From Octopus sinensis (lineage: Eukaryota): DNA of 64,000 nucleotides. Position 1 is the first letter of the stretch. Every line of letters begins with the position of its first letter. Positions 52,453 through 64,000 of the stretch are shown piece by piece. A program made the position numbers and the translations under genes. Below the pieces are notes generated by a model. That model ran no database searches. It was not told the DNA's origin and was given only the letters and a program-made list of their open reading frames with translations. The stretch spans positions 6,882,001-6,946,000 of the forward strand of contig NC_043002.1 of NCBI RefSeq assembly GCF_006345805.1, written 5' to 3'.

Positions 52453-53689
52453 TTACATATCGTCCTCGAAGTCGCTTGTGCCCGCGCCCTCCACCATCAA
52501 CCACGCCTCCCTCAGAACGTAATCAAGTCCCGAGTCAGCGTCGCCCGGGACCAAGTTATAGTCTTCCTTGAGCTCCTTTAGCCCAAGCGTCACGTCGAAC
52601 GTCACGGCCTCCACAGCTACCTGTGGAGGCCATTCGGGGTCCTGTGTGAAGGCTAAAGGTGCTCCCTTGTGATGCTCTTCCATCACTTTTTCAATTTCTC
52701 CTCCTCTATAGAAGAGGACCAATACGTTCAGTTCTTTCGGTGGCGGCACAGTTCCCGCCAACGGTATTCCTTCTCTTGTCGGTGGCACAACCCCAACCGA
52801 CGAAGTTCCGGGACATTCCGGTGCTACACTGACAGTCGGTAATGTCCCGTTTTTCTTCCTCTTTTTCTTTTTTTCCCTTTTCAACTGAGGGAGGGTGCGT
52901 CTCCTCCGTGGCTGGAAGATTCGCCTTCCTCTCCTCATCCCTGTTATCCTTTGGTGAGCACCCATTGTTGCTCACCTTCCTCTTTCGGCCTCTGTTTGAG
53001 GAGTCCTCTGCTTTCTCGGCCGTTATCATTCCCTCTTCTAGAGGGGTTTTACTTAACTGTTCCGGGATCCTATTTTGTTCCGGGGACAGTTCTTCTTTAT
53101 GTGGCCGGACTCCAAGCACCGATGACACTTAGGGGGGCGACCCTCAAGCATCACCGGGTACCTGCACCCGGCCATTTTCAAAAAATCTGGAAGAACCAGA
53201 TTGGCTGATTGGGTCCACAGGGTCAAAATTGCTTTTGACCCAACCCAAGCAGCCGCAGGAAGAACTTTTACATTAAGGAGCTTAGTTTCGCTGCCACCCA
53301 GACCCCGGCGGATAGTCTCTTCTATCCACTCGGGTTCTATGTCGGGTGGCAGACCGCAAATCCAAGCTTTCATCAATTTCTTTTTTTTTGTACGTGGGCA
53401 GGAATAAGATTTCCTTACCCTCCAGGGGTTTGCTAGCAAATTTGCAAGCCTCTTCAGGGGTGTCAAATAGCAACCACACCGTTGCATATTTGACACCCCT
53501 GGAAATGAATTTAATTGTTGGCAGATACTCTTCCAACTCCTTTTCAATTGCCGTCTTTTCGAATAGGGCGATGGTGTCGAGTGCCTTGGAGTAGGTTCTC
53601 AACACCACCGTCCTATCTTCACGGTCTTTTAACCACTTTTTAGGCGGTATGATCTCCCATTCCAAAAGTTTGTTATTTTTCATTGCCAT
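52453..53689 (-). CDS. LINE ORF1 / gag-like nucleic-acid-binding protein, about 411 aa after repairing three homopolymer frameshifts
   Basis: ATG 53689; RRM-like region (VWLLFDTPEEA, AWICGLPPDI); CCHC knuckle CHRCLESGHIKKNC; basic/Pro-rich linker; stop at 52453. No internal stops on the repaired path. Confidence 0.72.
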
Positions 53690-54715
53690 GTTCTTTTTTT
53701 TTTTTTTGTTTTTTAAATGTATTCAGAATAAAACTAAAAAACGAGAGGAAAAGGAAATCCGAAGAAAGTCACAGTGAAAAAGGAGAGAGTCAAATAAAGT
53801 TAAAAAGAAAGTCAATAACACAGCAAAAACCTTCTGGCCATTTGGTACTCCCGGCCTAAATTGAACCAGGAACGCACAACTTCCACAAAACTTGGTGTAA
53901 AATTGGCAAAAATTGTTCAAACTTCGGAGGCAAAATACTCCCCTATATAGCAGTTTTCACAAAAAGTTCTTTACAGCACAATACTATTCTCACAATTACG
54001 TGAAAAAAATATTCACTCAATTTATCGAAGACGGATACGCCCCTCCACTGTTTTTTTTTCAATAAACACAAAAACAGCAGCCGCCGAGAGCAGGCGAAAT
54101 TGTCTCAGAGTTGGACACAACTTACTGAAATAATAATTGGCACGCAATAAATTATGCCCAACTCACAATAAACAAAATCACTTACCTCGACAACTTTCCG
54201 TTTTTGGTCTTTTTTCTTTAATTGGACGGAGCTGGTTGACTCGCGTCCACTCTGGCTGAACAGGAAGCAACTGACTAACTGCGCATGCGTGTTAGCAAGC
54301 TACTTACCACACAGCCACTCCTGCGCCTTTATTACTGTTAACGGGTTTCAGAACTATGAATGCTATAAAAATGCAAATCCTCCTTTATTTCTTTAGTAAG
54401 TCCTCTTAATGTTTTCCATTTCGTGGAATTTCCACAAGTCCCACTAGTTATTACATAATAACGAGTCTCACTAGTTATTACATATGTATAGAGGTTGGAT
54501 CATATTCTGAGTTTAAATTTCACCGAGGTTGACTTTGCCTAACGTCCTTTCAGTGATTTATTTTGCAAACGTAATAGCCAAGGCTAGGGTGCGTCCTATG
54601 CTCTCGTGCGTCTTATAGGCCATCAAATACGGTATATACATGCACAGACGGGCTTCTGTACAGTTTCCGCCTAGAAAATCACTTCAAAAGGAATTCTTCT
54701 GCTCGGGCCTTTAGG

Positions 54716-55290
54716 TTGATGATGATGATTGTGATGATGACGACGATGGTAACGACGACGATTATGACGATGACGATGATGATGTCGATAATGATGATGA
54801 TGATAATGATGATGATGATGCTACCGACGACGACGATGATAACTAACACGATGACGATGACGACGATGATGAAAATGACGACAATGACGAGGACGACAAC
54901 GACAATGCTGCTGCTGATGATGATGATGACGATGATGATGATGATGATGATGACGACGTCGATGATGAAGATGATGATGATGAAAATGACAATGACGAGG
55001 ACGACGACGGCAATGATGCTGCTGCTGATGACGATGCTGATGCTGATGCTGATGCTGATGATAATGATGATGATGGTGGTGGTGGTGGTGGTGGTGGTGG
55101 TGGTGGTGGTGGTGGTGGTGATGATGATGATGATGATGAGGAGGAGGAGGAGGAGGAGGATGGTGATGATGATGGTGGCGATGATGATGATGATGATGCG
55201 GATGATGATCATTATGATGATGATGACCATTATGATGATGATGATGATGATTCCGCCGCCGCCCCCGAAGACGGCGACAACAACAACAAC
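54716..55290. repeat. Mosaic triplet repeat (GAT/GAC/GCT/GGT/GAG/AAC)
   Basis: Read directly; constant triplet phase throughout. Confidence 0.93.
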
Positions 55291-55710
55291 AACGGCAGCA
55301 GCCTCTACATCATTGTAATGTAAGTTTTTCAGATTGAGCAGAAAGCGGCAAGAATGTCGAACACGATCATCAAAGGAAGCCAAACAAACAAATGCGAGAG
55401 AGAATATGATTCTTTCTATCTCCTATTTACTAAAAGAACGAAAACTGAAACCCGTTAACAGTAATAAAGGTGAGAACAAGAGAAGCTAACGAGATGTTAT
55501 TAGTGTTTTGTTACAGGTGCTGGAATGTGCGCCCACACGTATTCGCTTCTTCAGAAATTCAAGTAACTTTTCTACGAGGGAAACTCTAGTATTTATTTTC
55601 TTCTGTAAATGTTTTCGGTATTAGTTTATTATGCAAGTTATACTAAAATCTATAAATGCAATGAACCGAAATAGAACAGAGTTACACTAGCAATGATAAT
55701 AATAATAATA

Positions 55711-55746
<36 letters not shown>

Positions 55747-55979
55747 GGAAAATATTATTTACAATCAAATCGCTAAATTTGCAATGATGGAAGAAAGAAA
55801 AAATATAAACAACACAAAGAAAAATAAGTAAGCTAATAGATAATTTCACTAAGAAATTATCAAATTCTGCATGTTGGAAAAATAACATTATAATACCAAA
55901 AGCAAAAAGAGATAAAAAAGCACTAATGGAATTTACATCATTAAATATAAGATGGTGAGGTAAATAGCAATAACAAAGA

Positions 55980-56225
55980 TATTGGTTTCAAATTTTGGCA
56001 CGAGACCAGTAGTTTAGAGGGAGGAGGTTAACTCGATTAAGTCTACCCCAGCACTCAACTGGTACTTATTTTATTGACTCCAGTACTCAACTGATACTTT
56101 CTTTATCGATCTTAGTACTCAACTGGTACATATTTTATCGATGTCGAAAGATGAAAGGCAAAGTCGACCCGGCGGAATTTGAACTCAGAACGTAAAGATA
56201 GACGAAATAACACTAAGCATTTCAA
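55980..56225 (-). mobile_element. SINE family C, diverged, with an internal ~32-bp triplication
   Basis: agtactcaactggtac-like motif three times at about 56050-56145. Confidence 0.75.
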
Positions 56226-56574
56226 ATTTGAGAGTGATAATATAGTATTATACTTTTTTTATGACTATAGTTCTATAAGGGGACTTTTAATATATGTCAC
56301 CGGCATCATTGAGGTAAGGAAAAATTATCAACGACACCGCTAATTTGCAGAGAGTTTAATTGCATCATCTGTTTTAATTAATGCAATTATATCATAAAAA
56401 TGAAAAAAAATTAAAATATTATTTTAAAATTTTGGCAATAGCCATTTTGGCAATCTTTCGTTTTAACTCGAAGGCGTGTGCGCACAGCTCAACTGTTACC
56501 TACCTTATTTTCAGAGAAAAAAACCTCATTGTTCAACACACGTTGGAAGTGTCTGAACATAGAAAAAAAAAAAG

Positions 56575-56800
56575 AAAAAGAACGACGAGAACTACATCAC
56601 AAACGTTGGTAGAGTAAACAAGGAATACAAGAAGTTCAAGATGGGCGAATTAAGGCCAGATATGTCGAAATGCCTGATTTTCACACAGGGACTTATTGTC
56701 GAAAAGGACGCAGAAGTTAGAACTAGAATTCTCGCGAAGCTAGAACAAAACCAGGATGTAACCTTACAGCAAGTATCAGAACAATGCCATGGGATAGTCT
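56575..56800 (+). pseudogene. Ty3/gypsy (K02A2.6-like) gag fragment
   Basis: VGRVNKEYKKFKMGELRPDMSKCLIFTQGL...DAEVRTRILAKLEQNQDVTLQQVSEQC follows the VN..C..FKL....D.FKCLIF..GL...DA..R.R.L pattern. Confidence 0.72.
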
Positions 56801-57399
56801 ACTTCTTTTTCTGTATACAGACATGTTCATTAATATTCCAGTATTCTTTCAAAAATACACATATATGAACATCTCCAATTAGGAATAAATATTTATAAAA
56901 ACTACTCATTTTAAAAAAGAAAATATATGAATACTTCGTTGTCTTGCATTGTGTCAGTGACCCAACATGTACTTAATTGGTACACAAACTCCACATATTA
57001 ATGATCACCGATCACATAGCCCTGAGGCCATGTGTCTTCACACAATCTCACGCAATGTTGTTTGAGAAAGCTGTCCTGAGGTGAATATCTTTTCGAAAAT
57101 CAAAGAGGAAGAGGATAATTGCAGATAACTGCTTCGAAACCTCCAGTTTCTATATCCAGATTATGAATTTATATTTATACCAATAATAATTGGTTTACTC
57201 GGTTTCGTGAGTAAACGCCTAAGAGACAATCTGAAATAGCTATAGTTTTTAATAAATATAATCAACCAGCTAATTCATACATCACGATCTGTAAGTCGAT
57301 CAGTAATTCAATGGGGAGGTGGTAAAGTCTGCCAAACAGCTGCTAAATTTAGAAAGGGTAGTGTCCTCCAATTCCAAAAAAGTAAATTTTTGCAGGAAA

Positions 57400-58010
57400 T
57401 TTCGCATCTGGACGTAAAAAGAATGTGCGAACTTTCAGCTACACTTAGCTTGCATCTCTTTTATCCATTTACATAAGACATAGATTTCTCCACAATACTC
57501 CGCTTGATTGTATGTGTTGTGCAGTTGATCTTCAGATTCCATACATGGCTAGCTAACTTAGTGGCTTTATATTTGTCGATGTGTCGGAAAGAAGACAGGT
57601 GGTTTACGTATCGTGCTTTAAAATTTTCGTTGCAAATCCAATATGTTATTTTGGAGCACTGCTGTGACTTTGGCGTCATTGACGACTAAGTTTATCAAAC
57701 ACGCCTGATCGAATAGATAAGCTTTAGTGTCACGACAGTTACAACTAGGTGTTGCCTCTTAATGTAGCATGCGAGTGATTAATGTCTTTCATATTGGAGC
57801 AGCAGCTGTATGGAATTTCTGTCGATTAAAAATTTTCCCATATTTACAATTTACTCGGAAATCCTTTGCTACAGTCAATAAATCCGTAGGGCAAATATTA
57901 TTTTATTGACTGACATAGTAAATGTATATTGATAAATATTTCTTGGCTAATAGTCAATTTTTTGTAGGATGAGCAAATTTTAGAAATACCACACATATAT
58001 TTTCTAATCT
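57400..58010 (-). pseudogene. Penelope-like element remnant (GIY-YIG endonuclease region)
   Basis: KIFNR...CNCRD....CL...V...KV, then FKARYVNHLSSFRH...ATKLASHVWNLK...SIVEK...KRC.L...EK. Confidence 0.78.
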
Positions 58011-59390
58011 ATTTGGTAGCGAAAACCAAAAACATGAAACAATTTGATGTACTGACACCAAAATGTTTAGAACTGGGGCTAAAACTACGCGCTTTCACTA
58101 GTCAGTTAAGGTGAGACATTGTCACGTGACAACTTGCTGGGGCTGCCTGCTGGAGCCTAGCGGCAGGTATTTGAAGAGAAATATTTGACAAGTTAGTCAG
58201 TCACCGGCTGACACTCGCTGACGATACATCGAAGAGGCCAGGAAACAGAAGAAAGAAGAAGAAAGAAGACATGCACCCAACACCAAAGCTGAAGAAACTT
58301 CTGAAATCGGGGGCCCCGCCACGTCAAAACGGTAGAGGAGTAGGGGCCGAAACCGGACGTGGTTCCTCCAGATGATGTCGTGAGCTAACTAGATCCTATA
58401 AAGGAGCTGTTGTGGTAGCAAGCCACGAAACACGGATGTAATTCTTCATATAGGCTGGGGTGCATTACAACTCTCAGTAAAATTTCTTTATGAGTATATA
58501 ACAATTGTAGTATTTGGATGTGTGGATTTCCTTTGGACATCCTAGGTTTGCACACAAACTTTATTTCCGACAATGATTTACTTACCGACGCTGCAGATTC
58601 TATAAATTTCTCAAAATATTTCAAGAATTAACAAATTTCTAGGGTAAAAATCGTATATTATGTTCAGCAAATTTCAAGTGAAATAAACGTGTAGTCACAC
58701 TTATTTTAATGATATGTTTGAATTAGAAATATGTCCTTCGAATAGTTAAATTACGAAATGCTCTGTCAATACTGAATGCCTACAAGTAGCAAAAGCATTA
58801 ACACTGGACTGTTTAAACATATTGGGAAATGGCTCTGTTTCCTACACGAACGATAACTTTTAAAGAGAAATTAAATTGACCGTAACTTCATTAAGAACAA
58901 TTCTGAGCTATTTATAGCTATTTTCTCGCCTGGGCAACTCTGGGTATTATGCATGTGTGTGTGTGTTCGTATGTGTGTTCGTGCGTGTGCGTTTATGTGT
59001 GTGAAAAAGCAATTATTGAAAAATCAAGCAAATTAGAGAAAATAAAGTGACATTTCATCAAATACAAAACCAAAAACGTAGGAAAAGAGACAGGTTTGAC
59101 AGCAACTAAAACCACAATCATGAGAACGTCATTAGACATAGATATATATTCGAATGGAATTTCTGACGAACACCAGCCTGACCCCTTCGTTCTCAATTAT
59201 GCTTTCGAATAAGGAAACACTGAATACGAAATATTTTATTGAATGTTACCAACATTCCACTGTCTAACATTGAGGTACTCAAGAGGATGAAAGTAGCAAA
59301 CTTCTGTTTTGCCAAGTCTGCAGATATTTCCTCTCTTTCATCCAATGAGGTCTTAGAGAAGTCCTTGGCGGGTACGTTAAGTAAAATATC

Positions 59391-59624
59391 TATTTCTTTA
59401 CTACCCACAAGGGGCTAAACATAGAGGGGACAAACAAGGACAGACAAATGGATTAAGTTGATTGCATCGACCACAGTGCGTAACTGGTACTTAATTTATC
59501 GACCTTGAAAGGATGAAAGGTAAAGTCGACCTCGGCGGAATTTGAACTCAGAACATAACGTCAAATGAAATACGGCTACGCATTTCACCCGGCGTGCTAA
59601 CATTTCTGCCAGCACGCCGCCTTC
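59391..59624 (-). mobile_element. SINE family C monomer with TSD
   Basis: 14-bp TSD ttaagtaaaatatc at 59377-59390 and 59625-59638. Confidence 0.93.
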
Positions 59625-60519
59625 TTAAGTAAAATATCATATTGGGAAAGGCCGCACGTGCGTAACTTTTTATGAAAGATGTGGCGTGACCCCAAGTCCA
59701 AATTACGCGAGACCAGCTTAAAAACTGATACCACAGCACCAGAGATAGCAGGGATTCATTTCCCCACTAGTAATATAAGCAAGAGTACATTTTACACAGT
59801 ATAGAACATCTACATTTAAGTGAGGTAAATATTACTTATCTGTCATATATATTAATCCAAAAATATTTAGAAAGGGGAAAGATAAGGATCACCGACAGAG
59901 ACAATGGTGACAACATCGCCCCTTGTTTCATTGTCACTTTCGTGGAACATGGTGAGGTCTCAGCATCGATGTATGTTTCGTCGATATGTGATCAAGTGAG
60001 ATACGATGTATATGCAAGACCGCTTGACACCGCTACATCATAAAACAATTCTACGATTGTGCCGCCCTCTTGAGAGTGTTATGAGAAGGCCATTAGATTC
60101 CCTCAGTCGATCAAAAAGAGATCCAAAAATAATCCGAAAAACCAATAAAAGAGGCATGAAGCAAGGCACTTTTACTCTGAAGATTAGAAGCTCTGGGATT
60201 AGGGGTCCATCACCTATAGAGAGAGCTTATCTCTCTCTGTTCCTTTCTCTCTCTTCCTCCCTACATCCCTCTGTCCATTTCTCTGCTTGTGTAACTGTTT
60301 CACTGTCGTTTTCCCCCTCTACCGCTTCTCCCTCTCCCACTTGAGTGAGAGGAGTTACCCTTTTGGGATAGGGACCCATCTAGTGTGAACAGGAATTGAT
60401 CTGCCAGAATGATATTATCCTCACAAACATTTGAAAGTCAACAACGAAGAATTATGTATGTATGCACACAAACATACATGTGTATGTGTGTGTGTGCGCA
60501 TACACACACATATATAATA

Positions 60520-60586
60520 TGACATATTATATATGTATATTGCACATATATACGAATATATATATAAGTAGATATCTATCTATCCA

Positions 60587-60639
<53 letters not shown>

Positions 60640-60640
60640 C

Positions 60641-60678
<38 letters not shown>

Positions 60679-60735
60679 GTATATATACATACATATATAT
60701 AACTATATGTATAGATATATATATATAGCTAATCG

Positions 60736-60775
<40 letters not shown>

Positions 60776-60800
60776 ATATATGTTATATGTATATATACTC
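60520..60800. repeat. (TA)n/(CT)n/(CTAT)n block
   Basis: Read directly. Confidence 0.93.
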
Positions 60801-61058
60801 AATTCCGAAAATTGATAATAATGAGATAATCAAGATAACGGATAATCGCAAGAGTACTGGAACACAAAGAAAAATAACATTAATATGCAAAAGCGGTAAT
60901 TATGAATAAATGTGCGCATTCATTTGCAATTATATATCATCGGAACAATTTTTTAGGGCATAAGTGAATCGTTCCCATTAAAACAGTCTCTGCTGTGTGT
61001 GTGTCTGTGTGTGTATCCATATACATTAGTATACATAATATGTGTATATGAGTGTGTA

Positions 61059-61127
<69 letters not shown>

Positions 61128-61364
61128 CTGTGTGTGTGTGTGTGGTGTGTGTGTGTGTGTGTTTACGGAATGGGATTACCCATGGGTAATCACATTCTGT
61201 TAAAATGGCTTATTGAAGTGTCTTGTTTCTCCTTTTTTTCCTTGAAATAATTACATTGTTTTGCATCGTTTTATTCTCTCGGGAATAATACCAATGTTTT
61301 CTTCGAAACATATGTCGGAAGTATAAAGATTTGAATAACACCTGTGTTTAACTCCATTGCTTAA

Positions 61365-61415
<51 letters not shown>

Positions 61416-61416
<1 letters not shown>

Positions 61417-61580
61417 GGGAGAGTTTACGAAAAAAACGAAAGACGAAGACAAGTGGTGTACAAAACAAACAGATGTATTAGTATAACGCTCAGGAATAGA
61501 AAAAAGTATTTTACGTTTCGAGCCTACGCTCTTCTACGGAAAGAAACACAGAAAAAAACAAGGAGAGAAAAAAATGTGTG
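61416..61580 (-). mobile_element. Family H2 short element, third copy
   Basis: Minus strand TCTTT CCGTAGA A GAGC GTAG GCTC GAAAC GTA AAATA at 61507-61544; flanked by TA repeats. Confidence 0.72.
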
Positions 61581-61592
61581 TATATATATATG

Positions 61593-62065
61593 GCTTTAAC
61601 CACGGTCTCCAGGTGATTTCGAAATCTCTTGCAACTCGTTTGGGCCGTCTCCTTGCTTAAGTTGGTGAATGCTGTCATAATCGTTGCCTGCAGTTCATCT
61701 TTTGTGTTACAAGGGGTTTTGTTGGTCTCTAGCTCAACTGCACCCCACACATCAAGGATGTTGCAGTCTGTGGAGTTAGGTGACCAGGTGTTAGGGTGTT
61801 CTAGCAGGCACCCTCTTCGCCCAGGTCAGTACAATCTCCTCCAGTCACTTGATGTAGGCCACCGTGTTGAGTTTGAAGCCGTGCGGGAAGATGAATGGAG
61901 GCATAACGTCACCACCACTAGTTATCATTCTAAACACCATGATGTTGAGTGGATCTTTGATTTTTATCCGTCTCGGTATATGCACTGTCCTCAAATTGAC
62001 ACCTAAACACATGTTCGTATTGGAGAATTTGGCGCGTATGCCAAGCAGTAGGGCATGTCTTTTCA
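61593..62065 (-). pseudogene. Internally deleted DD37D/maT-like Tc1/mariner transposase
   Basis: N-terminal KRHALLLGIRAKFSN..LGVNLRTV joined to ITSGGDVMPPFIFPHGFKLNT..Y, TWSPNSTDCNILD and WGAVE.ETNKTPCNTKDEL. Confidence 0.85.
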
Positions 62066-62259
62066 AAATTTCTGGTATATACATGTGCGTATGCGAGTGC
62101 GTGTGTGTGTGTGTGAGATAGAGAGAGAGAGAAAGAGAGAGTATAGATATATGTATTGTTTTATACGATCACCTCACACGCTACTAATAGTTTCACGTAG
62201 ATGGAAACTCGAGTACGTTCTTCAGGTGTGTCAATATTTTTCCTCTCGCCAGATGGAGT

Positions 62260-62462
62260 ACTCTTTATCCAGTGAACCGACAGCAGAGATGGTTCTGACT
62301 TGGTACCTGAAACATTCGACACAATTCAGCGTGACCTTATCAATGGCGAATGCTGGCATAGGTTTTGTTGTGTTCGGGGCTGCCTGGATCAGGACCTTCG
62401 TCTCCCCAAGGCTGATGGTCAGGCCCATGTGTATGGATACCTCGGTGAAGTGGTTGACGATG

Positions 62463-62465
<3 letters not shown>
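62260..62465 (-). pseudogene. RTE-clade LINE reverse transcriptase fragment
   Basis: IVNHFTEVSIHMGLTISLGETKVL...VTLNCVECFRY..RTIS..GSLDKE, the post-YADD region typical of RTE. Confidence 0.8.
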
Positions 62466-62526
<61 letters not shown>

Positions 62527-63745
62527 ATGTGTGCGCGTATGATTATTTGTAGGATTGAATAATCAGTGATTTTTCCATCTTTAAAACACTAAGGTGTTAT
62601 TTGAGGGAGACTTCTCTGCTACATCTTGCAGGTCTAGCGGCCATGTAATGTGACTTTCTCGATCAATGGTCTGAGTGAAAATCTCTGATGCGAGAAAGGA
62701 ACCCAGAAGAGGGCAACTGTAGCAACAAAAAAAAAATTATTAAAGATTTTACAGTATTACATCTAGTGAAACCTTTCTGTAACCATTTACATTAAACCGG
62801 TTGAGTGTTTCGTACGTTAATTACGTATACAACACCCATTTAAATGAGTGTACACCAACCACTGAGCTCCAGATTTGTTGTCCAGCATCTTATCTATTTA
62901 CTCTCTCGCTTTTCTTTTTCCTTCCTTGCTTGCCTCCTTTTCCTTTCCCTTCTTTCCTTCCTTCCTTCTTTCCTTCTTTCTGTCTTTCTTTTTGTCTCCT
63001 TATCTGAAATCTACAACCTGTAGAAAAGTGTAGAAGAACGGATAAGCTTAAGAAGAAAATCGTTAAATTTTATCGTTTGTGAAAGAAGCATCCGTGTTAT
63101 ATTTTATATTTCGCTTACTTTTTGTCTTGTTACTGTTTTTATCCTCGTCGTTGTTTTTGTTATTGTCTTCAATGTTTATTTATTTTGTTTGCTTGTTTGT
63201 TTAACTCTTATAATAAACTATGCAAAATGACAGTTTTAAGAACATTCATCATTATTTTCTGAAAATATCAAGCTATATTCAGATTATGCTCGATTCAGAA
63301 AAAAATTATTACTTTACGCTTCACATAACAGTGTGATATCTTAGATATATGTCTGTGCATTTGTATGCACGTATATGTATGAATGTGCGTGTGTGTATTT
63401 GTGTGTGTGTATGTGTGTACGCGTATGAGTTAACGTGTGTGTGTGAATGGGTTTTTTATATATCTATATATTTATGTGTGTATTATTTGACGTTTTCCGG
63501 TAGACGAATAGACGAAGCAACTTTCTTTCAAACGTATCCTCATTCATTATGAACACAAAGAAACGCAACCAGAGTCTCTCCTGGGAAAAATAGCTTCATT
63601 ACCTGCTATCTGATCAGCATTGGCTAGTAATTACTATTTACAGGTTCAAACAAACATGGGAATCTTTATTAACCATTTCATTGTACGACTCTGTTGAGTT
63701 CAAAACATGCGTTTCTAATGACTGACCAAATAATATACAGACGAA

Positions 63746-63983
63746 ATACCTATTTCTTTACTACCCACAAGGGGCTAAACATAGAGGGGACAAAAAAGGA
63801 CAGACAAACGGATTAAGTCGATTCTATCGACCCCAGTGCGTAACTGGTACTTAATTTATCGACCCCGAAAGGATGAAAGGCAAAGTCGACCTCGGCGGAA
63901 TTTGAACTCAGAACGTAACGGCGGACGAAATACGGCTTCGCATTTCGCCCGGCGTGCCAACGTTTCTGCCAGCTCACCGCCTA
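63746..63983 (-). mobile_element. SINE family C monomer
   Basis: Full head, core and tail. Confidence 0.93.
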
Positions 63984-64000
63984 TATACAGACAAATATTA

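Larger units (their letters stand above)
52126..54290 (-). mobile_element. ORF1-only non-autonomous LINE-like element (HAL1-like), 2165 bp
   Basis: 15-bp TSD with 2 mismatches (52111-52125 and 54291-54305); 600-bp 5' leader; one gag-like ORF; about 330-bp 3' UTR ending in AATAAA; no APE or RT motifs. Confidence 0.8.
51744..54327 (-). mobile_element. SINE family A split by an insertion (body 51744-52125, 5' tip 54291-54327)
   Basis: The left part stops at ...ggttggtaaacaagctactt. The missing head tip accacacagccactcctgcgcc resumes at 54306. Confidence 0.88.

Noticed and set aside
53375-53395. Programmed ribosomal frameshift at the A9 run in ORF1
   Set aside because: It would need a +1 shift, and two further homopolymer indels in the same ORF point to slippage or sequencing error.
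59193-59408. 71-aa ORF VPAKDFSKTSLDEREEISADLAKQKF
   Set aside because: Its start lies inside a SINE and no homology is recognised.
59876-60043. RITDRDNGDN resembling a cadherin DxDxGxN motif (octopus protocadherin)
   Set aside because: Only one short motif; no LDRE/PxF motifs, and the frame stops soon after.

Overview
AT-rich, repeat-dominated eukaryotic DNA with no recognisable host protein-coding gene. Most ORFs in the supplied track are microsatellite read-through. The SINE families and microsatellite style suggest an octopod cephalopod (Octopus sp.); this is my inference and was not checked. Contents: about 30 copies or fragments of four tRNA-derived SINE families, one of which forms 184-bp tandem arrays; two 5'-truncated R4/Dong-type (RLE) retrotransposon ends stacked in a (TAA)n tract; a decayed L1/Tx1 element; and remnants of RTE, Penelope (GIY-YIG), Ty3/gypsy gag, mariner and DD37D/maT transposases, a Helitron-like element and several MITEs. 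Two things stand out. (1) A 2.17-kb ORF1-only LINE-like element (RRM-like region plus CCHC knuckle, no ORF2, candidate 5'-UTR intron) sits between 15-bp target-site duplications inside the tRNA head of a SINE. (2) At least four sequence-distinct minimal type I hammerhead-ribozyme motifs of the Penelope/retrozyme kind occur here, including a three-copy family with a non-canonical core. Single-base slips in homopolymers and microsatellites suggest residual long-read errors, so frameshifts should be read cautiously. All family assignments are motif recognition by eye; no database search was run.
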